Of a stretch of DNA of 64,000 nt, positions 1 to 9,646 are shown piece after piece. The notes beneath the pieces are model-generated. The model ran no database searches and was not told where the DNA came from. It saw nothing but the letters and a program-made list of their open reading frames with translations. Every line of letters starts with the position of its first letter. The first letter of the stretch is position 1. This stretch comes from an uncultured Alcaligenaceae bacterium (lineage in GTDB: Bacteria; Pseudomonadota; Gammaproteobacteria; Burkholderiales; Burkholderiaceae_B), in NCBI GenBank assembly GCA_937908115.1, contig CALEQZ010000041.1, forward strand, positions 73,544 to 137,543, given 5' to 3'. The position numbers were made by a program, and so were the translations under genes.

Positions 1-407
1 TGTTCAATCGGCTGGTGCTACAGCTGCCAATTCTATGGACCACCGACGTTTCGGTGTTTTGCTTCATTTGGTTGGCGCTGCTTAGTGCCAGCACGGCTGT
101 GCGCACCGGTGCCCATTTCCGCGTGACGGCCATCCTGGAAACGGCCCGGATGGCCGGTCGACCCCGGTTCGTGCTCGAACTGATGGCTTGGTTTGCCGTC
201 ATTGCTTTGTCGCTCGTGCTGCTGGTGTTGGGCGCAAATTTCGCACTCTCTGGTTTCCAGGAGCAATCTCCTGGCCTGGTCCTGCCGATGTTTTGGACGT
301 ATGTGGCCGTTCCCTTGTGCAGTGCAACGGCCTGCCTGTTCGCCGTTGAGCAGATGTGGCGGCTGTTGCGCAACGGCCGGCTCGCGGACACGCAAGGGGG
401 GCAATGA
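1..407 (+). CDS. TRAP transporter small permease (DctQ family), 5' end outside window
   Basis: ORF 15..407 is hydrophobic and open to the window edge. Its stop overlaps the start of a DctM-type gene, and a DctP-type gene follows. Confidence 0.8.
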   Translation, partial: FNRLVLQLPILWTTDVSVFCFIWLALLSASTAVRTGAHFRVTAILETARMAGRPRFVLELMAWFAVIALSLVLLVLGANFALSGFQEQSPGLVLPMFWTYVAVPLCSATACLFAVEQMWRLLRNGRLADTQGGQ

Positions 408-1699
408 TGGATCCGATCGCGGTTCTCTTCGGTTCGTTCGCCCTCATGCTGGTTTTAGGCGTGCCGATCGCATATTCGCTAGGGCTTTCGTCGGCCATCG
501 TGATGCTGATGCTCGATGTGCCGCTGTCGATCATCGCGCAAACCGCCTATCACGGCCTGGACAGCTTTGTGCTGCTTGCCGTGCCGTTCTTCATGCTGGT
601 CGGTGTACTGATGACTACCGCCGGACTGACCGACCGCCTGCTGGAGTTGGCACGCGCGATGTTCGGCCGGTCACGCGGTGCTACGGGTAAGGTCAACGTG
701 GTCGCCAGCTGCCTGTTCGGCGGCGTGTCCGGTTCGTCGGTCGCCGACGTTGCCGGTATCGGCTCGGTGCTGATCCGCGCCATGATCAAGGAGGGCTATT
801 CGCCCGAGTTCGCCGTGGCGGTTACGGCCGCCTCTTCGACCATAAGCATCATCCTTCCGCCGAGCATTTTCCTGGTCGTTTACGGATCCCTCGGGAACAT
901 CTCGATCGGTGCGCTCTTTCTGGCCGGCGTGGTGCCGGGGGTTCTCATCGCCGTCACGCAGATCGCGTACTGCGCCTACTTGGCCAGGCGCGACAACCAT
1001 CCGCGCGGAGAGCCCTTCAGCATCGTTCGCCTGCTACAGGCGCTGCGCCACGGAATCTTGCCTTTCGGCGTGACCGTCATCGTCATTGGTGGCATACGGG
1101 GAGGCTGGTTTACCGCCACCGAAGCCGCCGTCATCGCGGTGGTCTACGCGCTGGCGTTGGGTGCACTCGTCTACCGCAGCATCGGCGTGCACCGCTTCCT
1201 GCAGGCGTTGGGCGACGCCACGGAGTATCTGGGGCCGACGCTCTTTTGCGTGGCGATGGGCATGGTATTTGGCTGGGTGATGAGTTACCTGGACGTGCCC
1301 GCCCTGGTCGGCGAGTTGGTCCAGGGCATGGAGCTGCCAGCGACCATCGTGCTGCTGATGGTGATGATCCTTTTCGTCATCGTCGGCACGTTCGAAAGCG
1401 GCGTCGCCTCCATCGTGATCTTCCTGCCCATCATCCAGCCCATGACTATGGCGGTAGGCCTGGACCAGGTGCACGTCGGGATCATCGTGTGCACCACGCT
1501 GGCGTTGGGATTGATTACGCCACCCTACGGGCTGTGCCTGCTTCTTGCCGCCCGCATCGGAAATATATCCGTAGAAAAGGCCGTCGTTTCGCTGCTGCCC
1601 TGGATTGGAATTTTCCTGGCGGTGGTCGTGGCGATGGTGTTCTTTCCGGCCATTTCGCTTGCCCTGCCGCGATGGTTGGTCCCGGAGTTCATGAACTAG
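404..1699 (+). CDS. TRAP transporter large permease (DctM family)
   Basis: ORF 356..1699. The internal ATG at 404 overlaps the DctQ stop (ATGA). It is a polytopic membrane protein with a typical DctM N-terminus, MDPIAVLFGSFALMLVLGVPIAYSLG. Confidence 0.92.
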   Translation: MMDPIAVLFGSFALMLVLGVPIAYSLGLSSAIVMLMLDVPLSIIAQTAYHGLDSFVLLAVPFFMLVGVLMTTAGLTDRLLELARAMFGRSRGATGKVNVVASCLFGGVSGSSVADVAGIGSVLIRAMIKEGYSPEFAVAVTAASSTISIILPPSIFLVVYGSLGNISIGALFLAGVVPGVLIAVTQIAYCAYLARRDNHPRGEPFSIVRLLQALRHGILPFGVTVIVIGGIRGGWFTATEAAVIAVVYALALGALVYRSIGVHRFLQALGDATEYLGPTLFCVAMGMVFGWVMSYLDVPALVGELVQGMELPATIVLLMVMILFVIVGTFESGVASIVIFLPIIQPMTMAVGLDQVHVGIIVCTTLALGLITPPYGLCLLLAARIGNISVEKAVVSLLPWIGIFLAVVVAMVFFPAISLALPRWLVPEFMN

Positions 1700-1745
1700 G
1701 CGGGGCTGTTCTTGATAACCACTACGACATTTTCAGGAGACAGAC

Positions 1746-2759
1746 ATGACGACCGGAAGATCATTCTTGGCAAGGCTGGGGTTACTGGCTGCGGCTGGTG
1801 TTCTGTGCGCCACCGCGTCGCAAGCGGCCGTAACGCTGCGCATGGGCAGCGAGGAGCCCTTCGGCAATCCCCCGCGCGTGGCGGCGCAGTACGGCCTGGA
1901 TTGGTTGGCTGAAAACGCGGGGCCGCGTACTAACGGCGAGGTGCGCGTGCGGGTGCAGGGCAACGCTGCGCTTGGCCCAGAAAAAGAGCTGCTCAAGAGC
2001 GTGTCCTCTGGCGTCATCGACGCCTGCGTGGCGTCTCCTGGCAACGCCGCGGCGTTGGTGCCGGAGTTGCAGCTTTTCAGCGCGAGCTATTTGTTCTCTG
2101 GCTTCGACCACGTCCTCAACGTGTTGGAAAACGACGCCTTTTTTGATCGGTTGCAGCAGATTGTCCGCGACCGCAAGCTGGGCATGCAGTTGGCCGCCGT
2201 TTCCGTCACCGGTTCGCGCAACCTGTACAACCGGGTGCGCGTCATCAAGGAGATGGATGACATGCACGGGCTGAAGATGCGCGTCATGAACAGCCCCACC
2301 GAGACCAAGGTCTGGGGCACGCTGGGCATGATGCCGGCGACCATTCCGGCGCCGGAAATCTACAGCGCCCTGCAAAGCGGTGTGGTTGATGCCGGCGAAA
2401 GCTCCATTCCCGCCATCGTCGCCAACAAGTATTACGAAGTCGCGCCCAATATTTCGCTGACCCACCACCAGTTCAACCTGATGTTCTATTTCATCGGCGA
2501 CAAGGCGCTCGCCAAGGTTCCGGAAAGCGCACGCAAACCCTTGCTGCAGGCCTTCCGGGAAGCCGGGATGGTGCAGGCCAGGGCGGCCGTGAAGTTGCAG
2601 GAAGAAAACCTGGACTTTCTGCGTCAACGGTCCAACGTCACCGTGACGCCGATCGATACTGAACCATTCCGAAAAAAGCTGCAACCGCTCCAGGAGGAGA
2701 TCGCTGCCAGCTTCAAGATGCAGGACGTGCTCGAGCTGGTCCGCAAGGCGCAACCGTAG
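1746..2759 (+). CDS. TRAP transporter substrate-binding protein (DctP family)
   Basis: 337 aa with a signal peptide (LLAAAGVLCATASQAA) and AGGAGA upstream of the ATG. It shows DctP-like content (NSPTETKVWGTLGMMP, KYYEV) and sits directly after dctQM. Confidence 0.9.
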   Translation: MTTGRSFLARLGLLAAAGVLCATASQAAVTLRMGSEEPFGNPPRVAAQYGLDWLAENAGPRTNGEVRVRVQGNAALGPEKELLKSVSSGVIDACVASPGNAAALVPELQLFSASYLFSGFDHVLNVLENDAFFDRLQQIVRDRKLGMQLAAVSVTGSRNLYNRVRVIKEMDDMHGLKMRVMNSPTETKVWGTLGMMPATIPAPEIYSALQSGVVDAGESSIPAIVANKYYEVAPNISLTHHQFNLMFYFIGDKALAKVPESARKPLLQAFREAGMVQARAAVKLQEENLDFLRQRSNVTVTPIDTEPFRKKLQPLQEEIAASFKMQDVLELVRKAQP

Positions 2760-2772
2760 CGGGCCCGTGACG

Positions 2773-4296
2773 ATGCGCAGAAACAAAGTCATGTCGGCCC
2801 TCGAGGCCGTCTCAATGGTGCGTTCGGGTTGCACCTTGGCCGTGGGCGGCGCCGGTGGCGTCCAGGAACCGGATGCGCTGCTGGCCGCCTTGCTGGATCG
2901 CTTCCGGCAAACCGGCGAGCCGCGCGGGCTGACCGAGTTCCACCCCATACGCACCGGCGAAATAGAGGGAAGGGGAACGAGCATCTTCGGCGAGCCCGGC
3001 ATGCTGTCCTGCATGATAGGCGGCTCGCTCTGGCCCGCCGGGGTGCCGGCCATCATCCAACGCATCCATGATTGCGACATCGAGGCCTACAACCTTCCGA
3101 TAGGGATCATGTATGCGCTGCTGGAGGCAGCCGCTGCCGGCAGGCCGGGCATATTGTCCACGGTGGGCTTGGATACCTGCATGGACCCTTTGCACGGCGG
3201 CGGCGCATTGAACCGCATATCGACGCGCAAGCTGGTCGAGCGCCTATCCGTAGACGGGAAGGACTACCTGTTCTACCGTACGGTGCCCATAGACGTAGCG
3301 TTCATCCGCGGCACCGTGGCCGACACGGCGGGCAATATCACCATGGACGAAGAGCCTGCCCTGTGCGGGGGGCTGCTGCTCGCCCAGGCCGCGCGAGCCA
3401 ATGGCGGAAAGGTGATTGCCCAGGTTCGCAAGGTCGTCCCGTTCGGCTCGCTCGACCCACGCATGGTGCGCGTACCCGGCATCTTCGTCGACGCCGTGGT
3501 CGAGCATCCTGGGCAATGGCAGACCACCCATGTGCGCTATGACCCGACACTGGTCGGCCAGGCGCGGCGCGGCACCGACAACCTTGCCGAGGTTTCTGGG
3601 GCCAGCCGTCTCGTGCTGTTGCGCGCGTTGCGAGAAGTGCGCGACGGCGATGTGTTGGCGATCGGTTTCGGCCTGCCTGGCTACCTGCCTGCCGTGGCCG
3701 TCCAGGCCGGCCGCTACGACGCATTGACCTTCACAATCGAGCATGGGGTGGTTGGCGGAATCAACGGCTATGCGGCGGGCGGCAAGACCTTCCCGATGTC
3801 CCATGACCCCGAAGCCATCATCGACGCAGCCGACCAGCTGCGGGCCTATGCGGGCGGTGCGGTCGACTGCGCCTTTCTCGGGGTGGGCGAAATCGACGCC
3901 GAGGGCAATGTCAATGTCAGCAAGTTCGGCGACCGCATTCCCGGTTCCGGCGGCTTCATCGAAATCACGCAGGGCATACGCAAGGTCGTGTTCTGCACCG
4001 TCGTCGGTGACAACGGGCGGCGCAAATTCGTCCCGCGCGTGCAGCAGGTAACGTTTTCGGCCCGGCGTGCGCGCGCTGTGGGCCAGGAAGTGCTTTACGT
4101 CACCGAATTGGGGGTGTTCGTGCTCGGACAGGAAGGACTGGTCCTCGTAGAAGTCCCGGAAGGCGTCGACGTGCGCGCCGACGTGTTGGACAGAATCGGC
4201 TGCCCGGTGCGGGTGGCGGAGAACCTGGCCGTCAGCGACGGCCGCACATGGTCCGGCGGGGTGCTGCCGGACAAGCGCTTGGAGATCTACCGATGA
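2773..4296 (+). CDS. family I CoA-transferase, fused alpha/beta (acyl-CoA:acetate/3-ketoacid type, YdiF-like)
   Basis: ORF 2767..4296 with an ATG at 2773. Supporting motifs are N-terminal KVMSALEAVSMVRSGCTLAVGG, the Glu context FTIEHGVVGG, and EGNVNVSKFGDRIPGSGGFIEI. The stop overlaps the next start (ATGA). Confidence 0.85.
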   Translation: MRRNKVMSALEAVSMVRSGCTLAVGGAGGVQEPDALLAALLDRFRQTGEPRGLTEFHPIRTGEIEGRGTSIFGEPGMLSCMIGGSLWPAGVPAIIQRIHDCDIEAYNLPIGIMYALLEAAAAGRPGILSTVGLDTCMDPLHGGGALNRISTRKLVERLSVDGKDYLFYRTVPIDVAFIRGTVADTAGNITMDEEPALCGGLLLAQAARANGGKVIAQVRKVVPFGSLDPRMVRVPGIFVDAVVEHPGQWQTTHVRYDPTLVGQARRGTDNLAEVSGASRLVLLRALREVRDGDVLAIGFGLPGYLPAVAVQAGRYDALTFTIEHGVVGGINGYAAGGKTFPMSHDPEAIIDAADQLRAYAGGAVDCAFLGVGEIDAEGNVNVSKFGDRIPGSGGFIEITQGIRKVVFCTVVGDNGRRKFVPRVQQVTFSARRARAVGQEVLYVTELGVFVLGQEGLVLVEVPEGVDVRADVLDRIGCPVRVAENLAVSDGRTWSGGVLPDKRLEIYR

Positions 4297-5051
4297 AAAC
4301 AGGCTTGAAGGCCCGCATGGCCAAGGGCGAAAGACTTTACGGAATGTTCGTGATGTTGCCCTCGCCGGCTGTCGTGGAAATGGTCGGGTATGCCGGCTAT
4401 GACTACGTCATCCTGGACGGCGAACATGGGGCGGCCGGCACCGAAACATTGGAGAACCAGTTGCGTGCCGCCGACGCTGCGGGCATCTCGGCGCTGGTGC
4501 GCATTTGCGGGCAGACGCCAGCCGAGATCCTGCACGCGCTCGACGCGGGTGCGTGCGGAATCGTGGTGCCACACGTGCTGGATGCAGCCCAGGCGCGCGA
4601 TCTGGTCGCAGCTGCTCACTATCCGCCGCGCGGCCGTCGCGGCATGGCCACGACAGCACGGGCCGGCCGCCATGGCATGGTTAGCTTGGCCGAGCACCTG
4701 GAGACGGCCGCCCGCGAGATCATCGTCGTGGCGCAGATAGAGGACGCCGAGGCGCTGCCGCATGCGCGCGAAATCGCGGCGGTCGACGGCCTGGATGCCG
4801 TGTTCGTGGGGCCGGCCGATTTGTCGATGTCCATGGGGCATCCCGGCCAACCCGGGCATCCCGAGGTCGCCGCGGCCATCGACGAGGTGGCCAGGCAGAC
4901 GCGTGCGGCTGGTAAGGTGGCGGCGACCTTTGCCCGCACGGCGCAGGATGCCACGGCGCTGGCGCAGCGCGGCTTCCAGGCGATTTGCCTGTCGACGACC
5001 GCTGTGTTCTCGCAATGCCTGGTGGCGTTGGCCAAGGAGCTGCCGAAATGA
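4293..5051 (+). CDS. HpcH/HpaI-family aldolase (2-keto-3-deoxy/4-hydroxy-2-oxo acid aldolase type)
   Basis: ORF 4248..5051; the internal ATG at 4293 overlaps the upstream stop. HpaI-like motifs are FVMLPSPAVVEMVGYAGYDYVILDGEHG, VVPHVLDAAQARDLV and YPPRGRRG. Confidence 0.85.
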   Translation: MKTGLKARMAKGERLYGMFVMLPSPAVVEMVGYAGYDYVILDGEHGAAGTETLENQLRAADAAGISALVRICGQTPAEILHALDAGACGIVVPHVLDAAQARDLVAAAHYPPRGRRGMATTARAGRHGMVSLAEHLETAAREIIVVAQIEDAEALPHAREIAAVDGLDAVFVGPADLSMSMGHPGQPGHPEVAAAIDEVARQTRAAGKVAATFARTAQDATALAQRGFQAICLSTTAVFSQCLVALAKELPK

Positions 5052-6664
5052 GCAAGGGCATGTCGTCCTGCGGCAAGATTATGTCTGCCGAGCAGGCCGT
5101 TGCGCTCATTACCGACGGCGCCAGCGTGGCGGTGGGTGGCACCGGCCCCGTGCTCGAGCCAGATCTCGTACTGCAGGCATTGGAGCGGCGGTTCGTTTCC
5201 GAGGGCGCGCCGCGTAACCTGACGGTCGTCTCGCCCATGTTGCCTGGGGCCCGGCCTGGCGAAGGTGGGCTCAACACCTTCGCCCATGAAGGCATGCTTG
5301 CACGCGTGATCGGCGCGTCCTTTAGCATGTACCGCCATCCCAAGCTGCTCGAGCTGATCCGGCAGGAACGCTGCGAAGGCTACATCATCGGCATGGGTAC
5401 GATGGTGCAGTTGATGACGGCCGCGGCGGCACGCAAGCCCGGCGTGTGGACCACGGTCGGCATCGGCTCCTTCCTGGATCCGCGCGTCGAAGGCGGACGC
5501 ATGAACGCGCGCTCGTGCGCCGACATGGCGCAGGTGGTCGCAGTGTCCGGGCGCGAGCATCTGTTCTATCCAGTCATCCCCATCGACGTGGCCATTGTCA
5601 GGGGAACGACTGCCGACGAGAACGGCTACGTCAGCTTCGAGGAAGAACCCAATACCTTGGGCATGCTGGAGATCGCAGCGGCCGCCAAGGCATGCGGGGG
5701 AAAAGTGATCGTCCAAGTCAAGCGAGTGGCACGCGCCGGTAGCCTGGATCCGAAGCTGGTTCGCATACCCGGTCCGCTGGTCGACGCCATCGTCGTCCAT
5801 CCCGCCCAGAAGCAGCTATGCGAGTCCATGGCCGACCCGCTGCACGGCTGGAATCCCTTCCTGACCGGCACCCTCAAGGCAGACTTGAGCCGCATGCCAC
5901 CCTTGCAGGATCCCGTGCAGCGCATCATGATGCGCCGCGCCGCGCTGGCGCTGCGTCCCGGTGATGTCATCAACCTGGGTGCCGGGGTGGCCACCCAGCT
6001 GCCGCGCATCGCGCTGGAAGAGAACATCCTCGACCGGGTCGTATTCACCAACGAGCACGGTATTTTCGGCGGCTTGATGGCTACCGCGTTGGGCGGATCC
6101 TTCGTCCCGGCGCTCAATCCCGATGCCATCATGGATTCGGCTTTCCAATTCAATTTTTACGAGGGCGGGGGGCTGGACGTCACTTTCCTCGGCATTGGCG
6201 AAATCGACGCCGAAGGCAACGTCAACGTCAGCAAGTTCGGCCGCGAACTCAATGGACCGGGGGGCTTTAACAGCATTACCGAAAGGACGCCGCGGCTGGT
6301 CTTTTGCGGGTCGCTGACTTCGGGCGGACTGAAAGTCGCGGTCGAAAACGGGCGCCTGCGCATCCTCCAGGAAGGCAAGTACCGCAAGTTCGTGCCGCGC
6401 GTCGAGCAGATCACGCTCAATGCTGCACGCGCTCATCGGCAAGGGCAGCAGATCCTCTACATCACCGAACGGGCGGTGTTCCGCCGCGACGAACAAGGGC
6501 CGGTTCTCGTCGAGGTGGCGCCGGGCATCGAGGTGGCGCGCGACATCGCGCCCCACGTCGGTTTCCCGCTGCGCGTTTCCCCGGACCTCAAGGAAATGGA
6601 TCCACGGATATTTGCCGCAGGCGGCATGCAGCTTGCCCAGGCATTTTCAAAGGAGGACGTTTGA
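5048..6664 (+). CDS. second family I CoA-transferase, fused alpha/beta (paralog of 2773..4296)
   Basis: ORF 4985..6664; the ATG at 5048 overlaps the aldolase stop (ATGA). It aligns by eye with the first transferase (MSAEQAVALITDGASVAVGG, FTNEHGIFGG, EGNVNVSKFGRELNGPGGF). Confidence 0.85.
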   Translation: MSKGMSSCGKIMSAEQAVALITDGASVAVGGTGPVLEPDLVLQALERRFVSEGAPRNLTVVSPMLPGARPGEGGLNTFAHEGMLARVIGASFSMYRHPKLLELIRQERCEGYIIGMGTMVQLMTAAAARKPGVWTTVGIGSFLDPRVEGGRMNARSCADMAQVVAVSGREHLFYPVIPIDVAIVRGTTADENGYVSFEEEPNTLGMLEIAAAAKACGGKVIVQVKRVARAGSLDPKLVRIPGPLVDAIVVHPAQKQLCESMADPLHGWNPFLTGTLKADLSRMPPLQDPVQRIMMRRAALALRPGDVINLGAGVATQLPRIALEENILDRVVFTNEHGIFGGLMATALGGSFVPALNPDAIMDSAFQFNFYEGGGLDVTFLGIGEIDAEGNVNVSKFGRELNGPGGFNSITERTPRLVFCGSLTSGGLKVAVENGRLRILQEGKYRKFVPRVEQITLNAARAHRQGQQILYITERAVFRRDEQGPVLVEVAPGIEVARDIAPHVGFPLRVSPDLKEMDPRIFAAGGMQLAQAFSKEDV

Positions 6665-7143
6665 TGATAGCCAAACCGGAGCCCGTGGTGCTGGGCATGT
6701 GGTTCGAGGATTTCAAGGAAGGCGAAGAGCGCCTGTCGCCGGGCAGAACCATTACAGAAAGCGACTTGGTCGCCTTCGCAGGCCTGACGGGCGACTATAG
6801 CCAGGTCCATACCGACGAGGAATTCTGCAAGAAGACCGAGTTTGGCACGCGCATCGCGCACGGCCTGCTGGGGCTGTCGATCGCACAAGGCCTATGCTGG
6901 CGTACCAACTACACCCAGGGCACGGGCGTGGCGTCCTTGGCGTGGAACAAATGGACGTTCAGGCGGCCGATCTTCATCGGCGACACTGTCCGGGTGCGGT
7001 GGAAATTGCTGCACAAGCGCCCAAGCAACAGCAAGCCGGGCATGGGGATCATCACCGAGCACGTCGAACTGATCAACCAGAAGGGCGAGGTGGTGCAAGA
7101 CGGAGAGCACGTCACCATGGTTCGCAGGCGGCCCCATGAGTGA
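6664..7143 (+). CDS. MaoC-like (R)-specific enoyl-CoA hydratase/dehydratase
   Basis: This is the in-frame ATG at 6664 of ORF 6304..7143 and it overlaps the upstream stop. The 159-aa hot-dog fold sequence includes ESDLVAFAGLTGDYSQVHTDEEF and RIAHGLLGLS. Confidence 0.85.
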   Translation: MIAKPEPVVLGMWFEDFKEGEERLSPGRTITESDLVAFAGLTGDYSQVHTDEEFCKKTEFGTRIAHGLLGLSIAQGLCWRTNYTQGTGVASLAWNKWTFRRPIFIGDTVRVRWKLLHKRPSNSKPGMGIITEHVELINQKGEVVQDGEHVTMVRRRPHE

Positions 7144-7933
7144 ACTTGCTGAGTTCATCCATCTTGCCTACGAGTGCAGCGACGGCATTGCCACCCTGAC
7201 CTTGAACCGGCCGGAGGTGCTCAACGCCTGCAATCCCCGCCTGCATCGCGAAATCCAGGCGGCGGTCGATCGCGCCGAAGCCGACCCCCAGGTGCGGGTG
7301 CTGATCCTGCGCGGGGCGGGGCGTGCTTTCTGCTCCGGCTCGGACTTACGCGAGACCGGCGGCATGTACGGTGAAAAGGCGCGTCAGTACATCCGGCTGG
7401 ACTTCGCCACGAAGAACCGCGTGGCCACCTGTGCCAAGCCCGTCATCGCTGCGCTGCACGGCCACGTTGCCGGAGGCGGATTCGAACTTGCGCTGGCCTG
7501 CGACATCCGCATCGTGGCTGAGGACACGCTGTTCTCGCTGCCGGAAATCCGGCTCGGGACCATTCCGGGCGCAGGCGGCCTGCAGCGGCTGCCGCAGATC
7601 GTGGGGCTGGGCATTGCCAAGGAATGGGCCTTCAGCGGCCGGCGCATAGACGCCGCCGAAGCCTACCGAACGGGCCTGGCCAACCAGGTGCATCCAGCCG
7701 GCCAGGTTTTTGAGGCGGCACGCGCTTTGGCACTGTCGCTGGCCGAGCGCAATCCGCTGGCCTTGGCGCTGGCCAAGCGCGCCTTGGACCCCGAGCCGCC
7801 GGCAGCCGATGGATTGGTGGGCGCTTTCCACATGCTGGCGTCCCAGGCTTGCCACGACGCCGGGGATTTTTCGGTCAACACGGACCGCTACGTGGCGAAG
7901 AGGCACGGCGGGGAAAAGGAGGAGACACCATGA
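7136..7933 (+). CDS. enoyl-CoA hydratase/isomerase (crotonase family)
   Basis: 265 aa with crotonase motifs: LTLNRPEVLNA, RAFCSGSDL, AALHGHVAGGGFELALACDIR. Confidence 0.9.
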   Translation: MSELAEFIHLAYECSDGIATLTLNRPEVLNACNPRLHREIQAAVDRAEADPQVRVLILRGAGRAFCSGSDLRETGGMYGEKARQYIRLDFATKNRVATCAKPVIAALHGHVAGGGFELALACDIRIVAEDTLFSLPEIRLGTIPGAGGLQRLPQIVGLGIAKEWAFSGRRIDAAEAYRTGLANQVHPAGQVFEAARALALSLAERNPLALALAKRALDPEPPAADGLVGAFHMLASQACHDAGDFSVNTDRYVAKRHGGEKEETP

Positions 7934-8901
7934 AATCAACGTTCTTCGCACTTGCGTTGGCCGCAGTCATGGCCATGCCCATGGCGTCGGCATGCGCTCA
8001 GGATTGGCCGGCGCGTCCGCTGCAGATGATCGTCCCGCAGTCGCCGGGAGGTGGCGCCGACATTCTGGCCCGCGACCTGGCGGTGCGGCTGCAGCCCCGG
8101 TTGGGCCAGCCGGTGGTGGTCGAAAACCGCCCGGGCGCCGGCGGTGTGATCGGGACTGATTTCGTTGCAAGGGCGCCTGCCGACGGCTATACGCTGATGA
8201 TGGGCGCCATCAGCACGCACGGCATTAATCCGGGGCTGTATAAGAAGCTGCCTTACGACGCGATAAAGGATTTCGAACCCGTCGCACTAGTCGCCACCGC
8301 GCCGCTGCTGGTCGTGGTCAATCCCAAGCTACCCGTCAATTCCGTGGCCGAGCTCATTGCCGCGGCCAAGGCCGCGCCGGGCAAGCTGACCTACGGCTCA
8401 GCCGGCAACGGCAACTCCACGCACCTGGCGGGGGAGCTGTTTCGGTCCATGGCTGGGGTCGACATTCTTCACGTGCCGTTCAAGGGTGCGACGCCAGCCG
8501 AGGTCGGCCTGATGGGCGGACAGGTGTCCATCATGTTCAGCAGCATCCTGACGGCATTGCCGCACTCGCGCGAAGGGCGGATGCGGGCACTGGCGGTCAC
8601 CAGCACTAAGCGCTCGAGCGTGGCGCCGGATCTTCCCACCGTGGACGAAGAGGGCTTGCCCGGCTTCGACGTCAACCCTTGGTACGGCGTGTTCGCGCCG
8701 GCCGGTACGCCACCGGAGGTGGTTGCCCGATTGAACCGGGAAATCAATGACATCCTGGCCATGTCCGACATGAAAGAGCGGCTCGCCGGCCTGGGCGCCG
8801 AGCCAGGTGCCATGTCCCAGCAGGAGTTCGCCGCATACGTCCAGGCCGAAGTCAAGAAGTGGGCGAAGGTCGTCGCCGATGCGGGCGCGGCCATAGACTG
8901 A
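7930..8901 (+). CDS. Bug/TctC-family periplasmic solute receptor (copy 1 of 7)
   Basis: The ATG at 7930 overlaps the upstream stop. It has a signal peptide and the family hallmark [25 protein letters not shown], plus [12 protein letters not shown]. Confidence 0.9.
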   Translation: MKSTFFALALAAVMAMPMASACAQDWPARPLQMIVPQSPGGGADILARDLAVRLQPRLGQPVVVENRPGAGGVIGTDFVARAPADGYTLMMGAISTHGINPGLYKKLPYDAIKDFEPVALVATAPLLVVVNPKLPVNSVAELIAAAKAAPGKLTYGSAGNGNSTHLAGELFRSMAGVDILHVPFKGATPAEVGLMGGQVSIMFSSILTALPHSREGRMRALAVTSTKRSSVAPDLPTVDEEGLPGFDVNPWYGVFAPAGTPPEVVARLNREINDILAMSDMKERLAGLGAEPGAMSQQEFAAYVQAEVKKWAKVVADAGAAID

Positions 8902-8978
8902 ACGTTCCTGGGGGATGGGGGTTTTCACCGGCGCTGGCCCCCCGCGCCGGCTTCGTATCGGTTAACCTTCAACCTACG

Positions 8979-9632
8979 ATGAACAAACCCTATTACCCCC
9001 ATCCCATCATCGCCCGGGAAGGCTGGCCTTTTTTGGGCGGCGCAGTGGCGTTGGCCCTGGTCGTGACCGCCTGGTCGCCCTGGGTGTCGGTGCCGTTCTG
9101 GATCCTGGCGCTGTTCGTGCTGCAGTTTTTCCGCGACCCGCCGCGCATGGCGCCGGATTCGCCCAACGCCGTGCTGTCGCCGGCCGACGGACGCATCGTC
9201 GCCGTCGAGCGCACGACCGACCCGTACGCCGGGCGCGACGCGCTGAAGATCAGCGTATTCATGAATGTGTTCAACGTGCACTCGAACCGCTCGCCGGTCG
9301 ATGGCCACGTCGAGCATGTGCAGTATTTCCCGGGCAAGTTTTTCAACGCCTCGCTGGACAAGGCCTCGGCCGAAAACGAGCGCAACGCGATGGTGCTGCG
9401 CACCCCCAGCGGTCACCGCGTCACGGCGGTGCAGATCGCCGGGCTGGTGGCCAAGCGCATTCTTTGCTATGCCAAGCCCGGCGATGACTTGGCACGCGGC
9501 CAGCGCTACGGCTTCATCCGCTTCGGCTCGCGCGTGGATGTCTACCTGCCGCCGCAGGCGCGCCCGCGGGTGGCCTTGGGCGACAAGGTCAGCGCCACCA
9601 GCACGGTGCTGGCCGACCTGCCGACGGCCTGA
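8979..9632 (+). CDS. psd: phosphatidylserine decarboxylase proenzyme (short Asd-type)
   Basis: Internal ATG of ORF 8859..9632, 217 aa. It has N-terminal TM segments, a self-cleavage-type FGSRVDV motif, and sits immediately upstream of pssA. Confidence 0.9.
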   Translation: MNKPYYPHPIIAREGWPFLGGAVALALVVTAWSPWVSVPFWILALFVLQFFRDPPRMAPDSPNAVLSPADGRIVAVERTTDPYAGRDALKISVFMNVFNVHSNRSPVDGHVEHVQYFPGKFFNASLDKASAENERNAMVLRTPSGHRVTAVQIAGLVAKRILCYAKPGDDLARGQRYGFIRFGSRVDVYLPPQARPRVALGDKVSATSTVLADLPTA

Positions 9633-9646
9633 CAGGAGAGGCGCGC

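Noticed and set aside
1782-3080. A 432-aa ORF antisense to the DctP and CoA-transferase genes.
   Set aside because: It overlaps two recognisable genes on the other strand, spans their intergenic gap, and has no family motifs.
2773-7933. Assigning the CoA-transferase, MaoC and HpcH cluster to the itaconate degradation pathway (Ict/Ich/Ccl).
   Set aside because: The HpcH-family protein has the HpaI-type free-acid aldolase N-terminus (..PSPAVVEMVGYAGYDYVILDGEHG) rather than a CitE/citramalyl-CoA-lyase-like sequence. There are also two transferases and an extra crotonase, so the match is only superficial.
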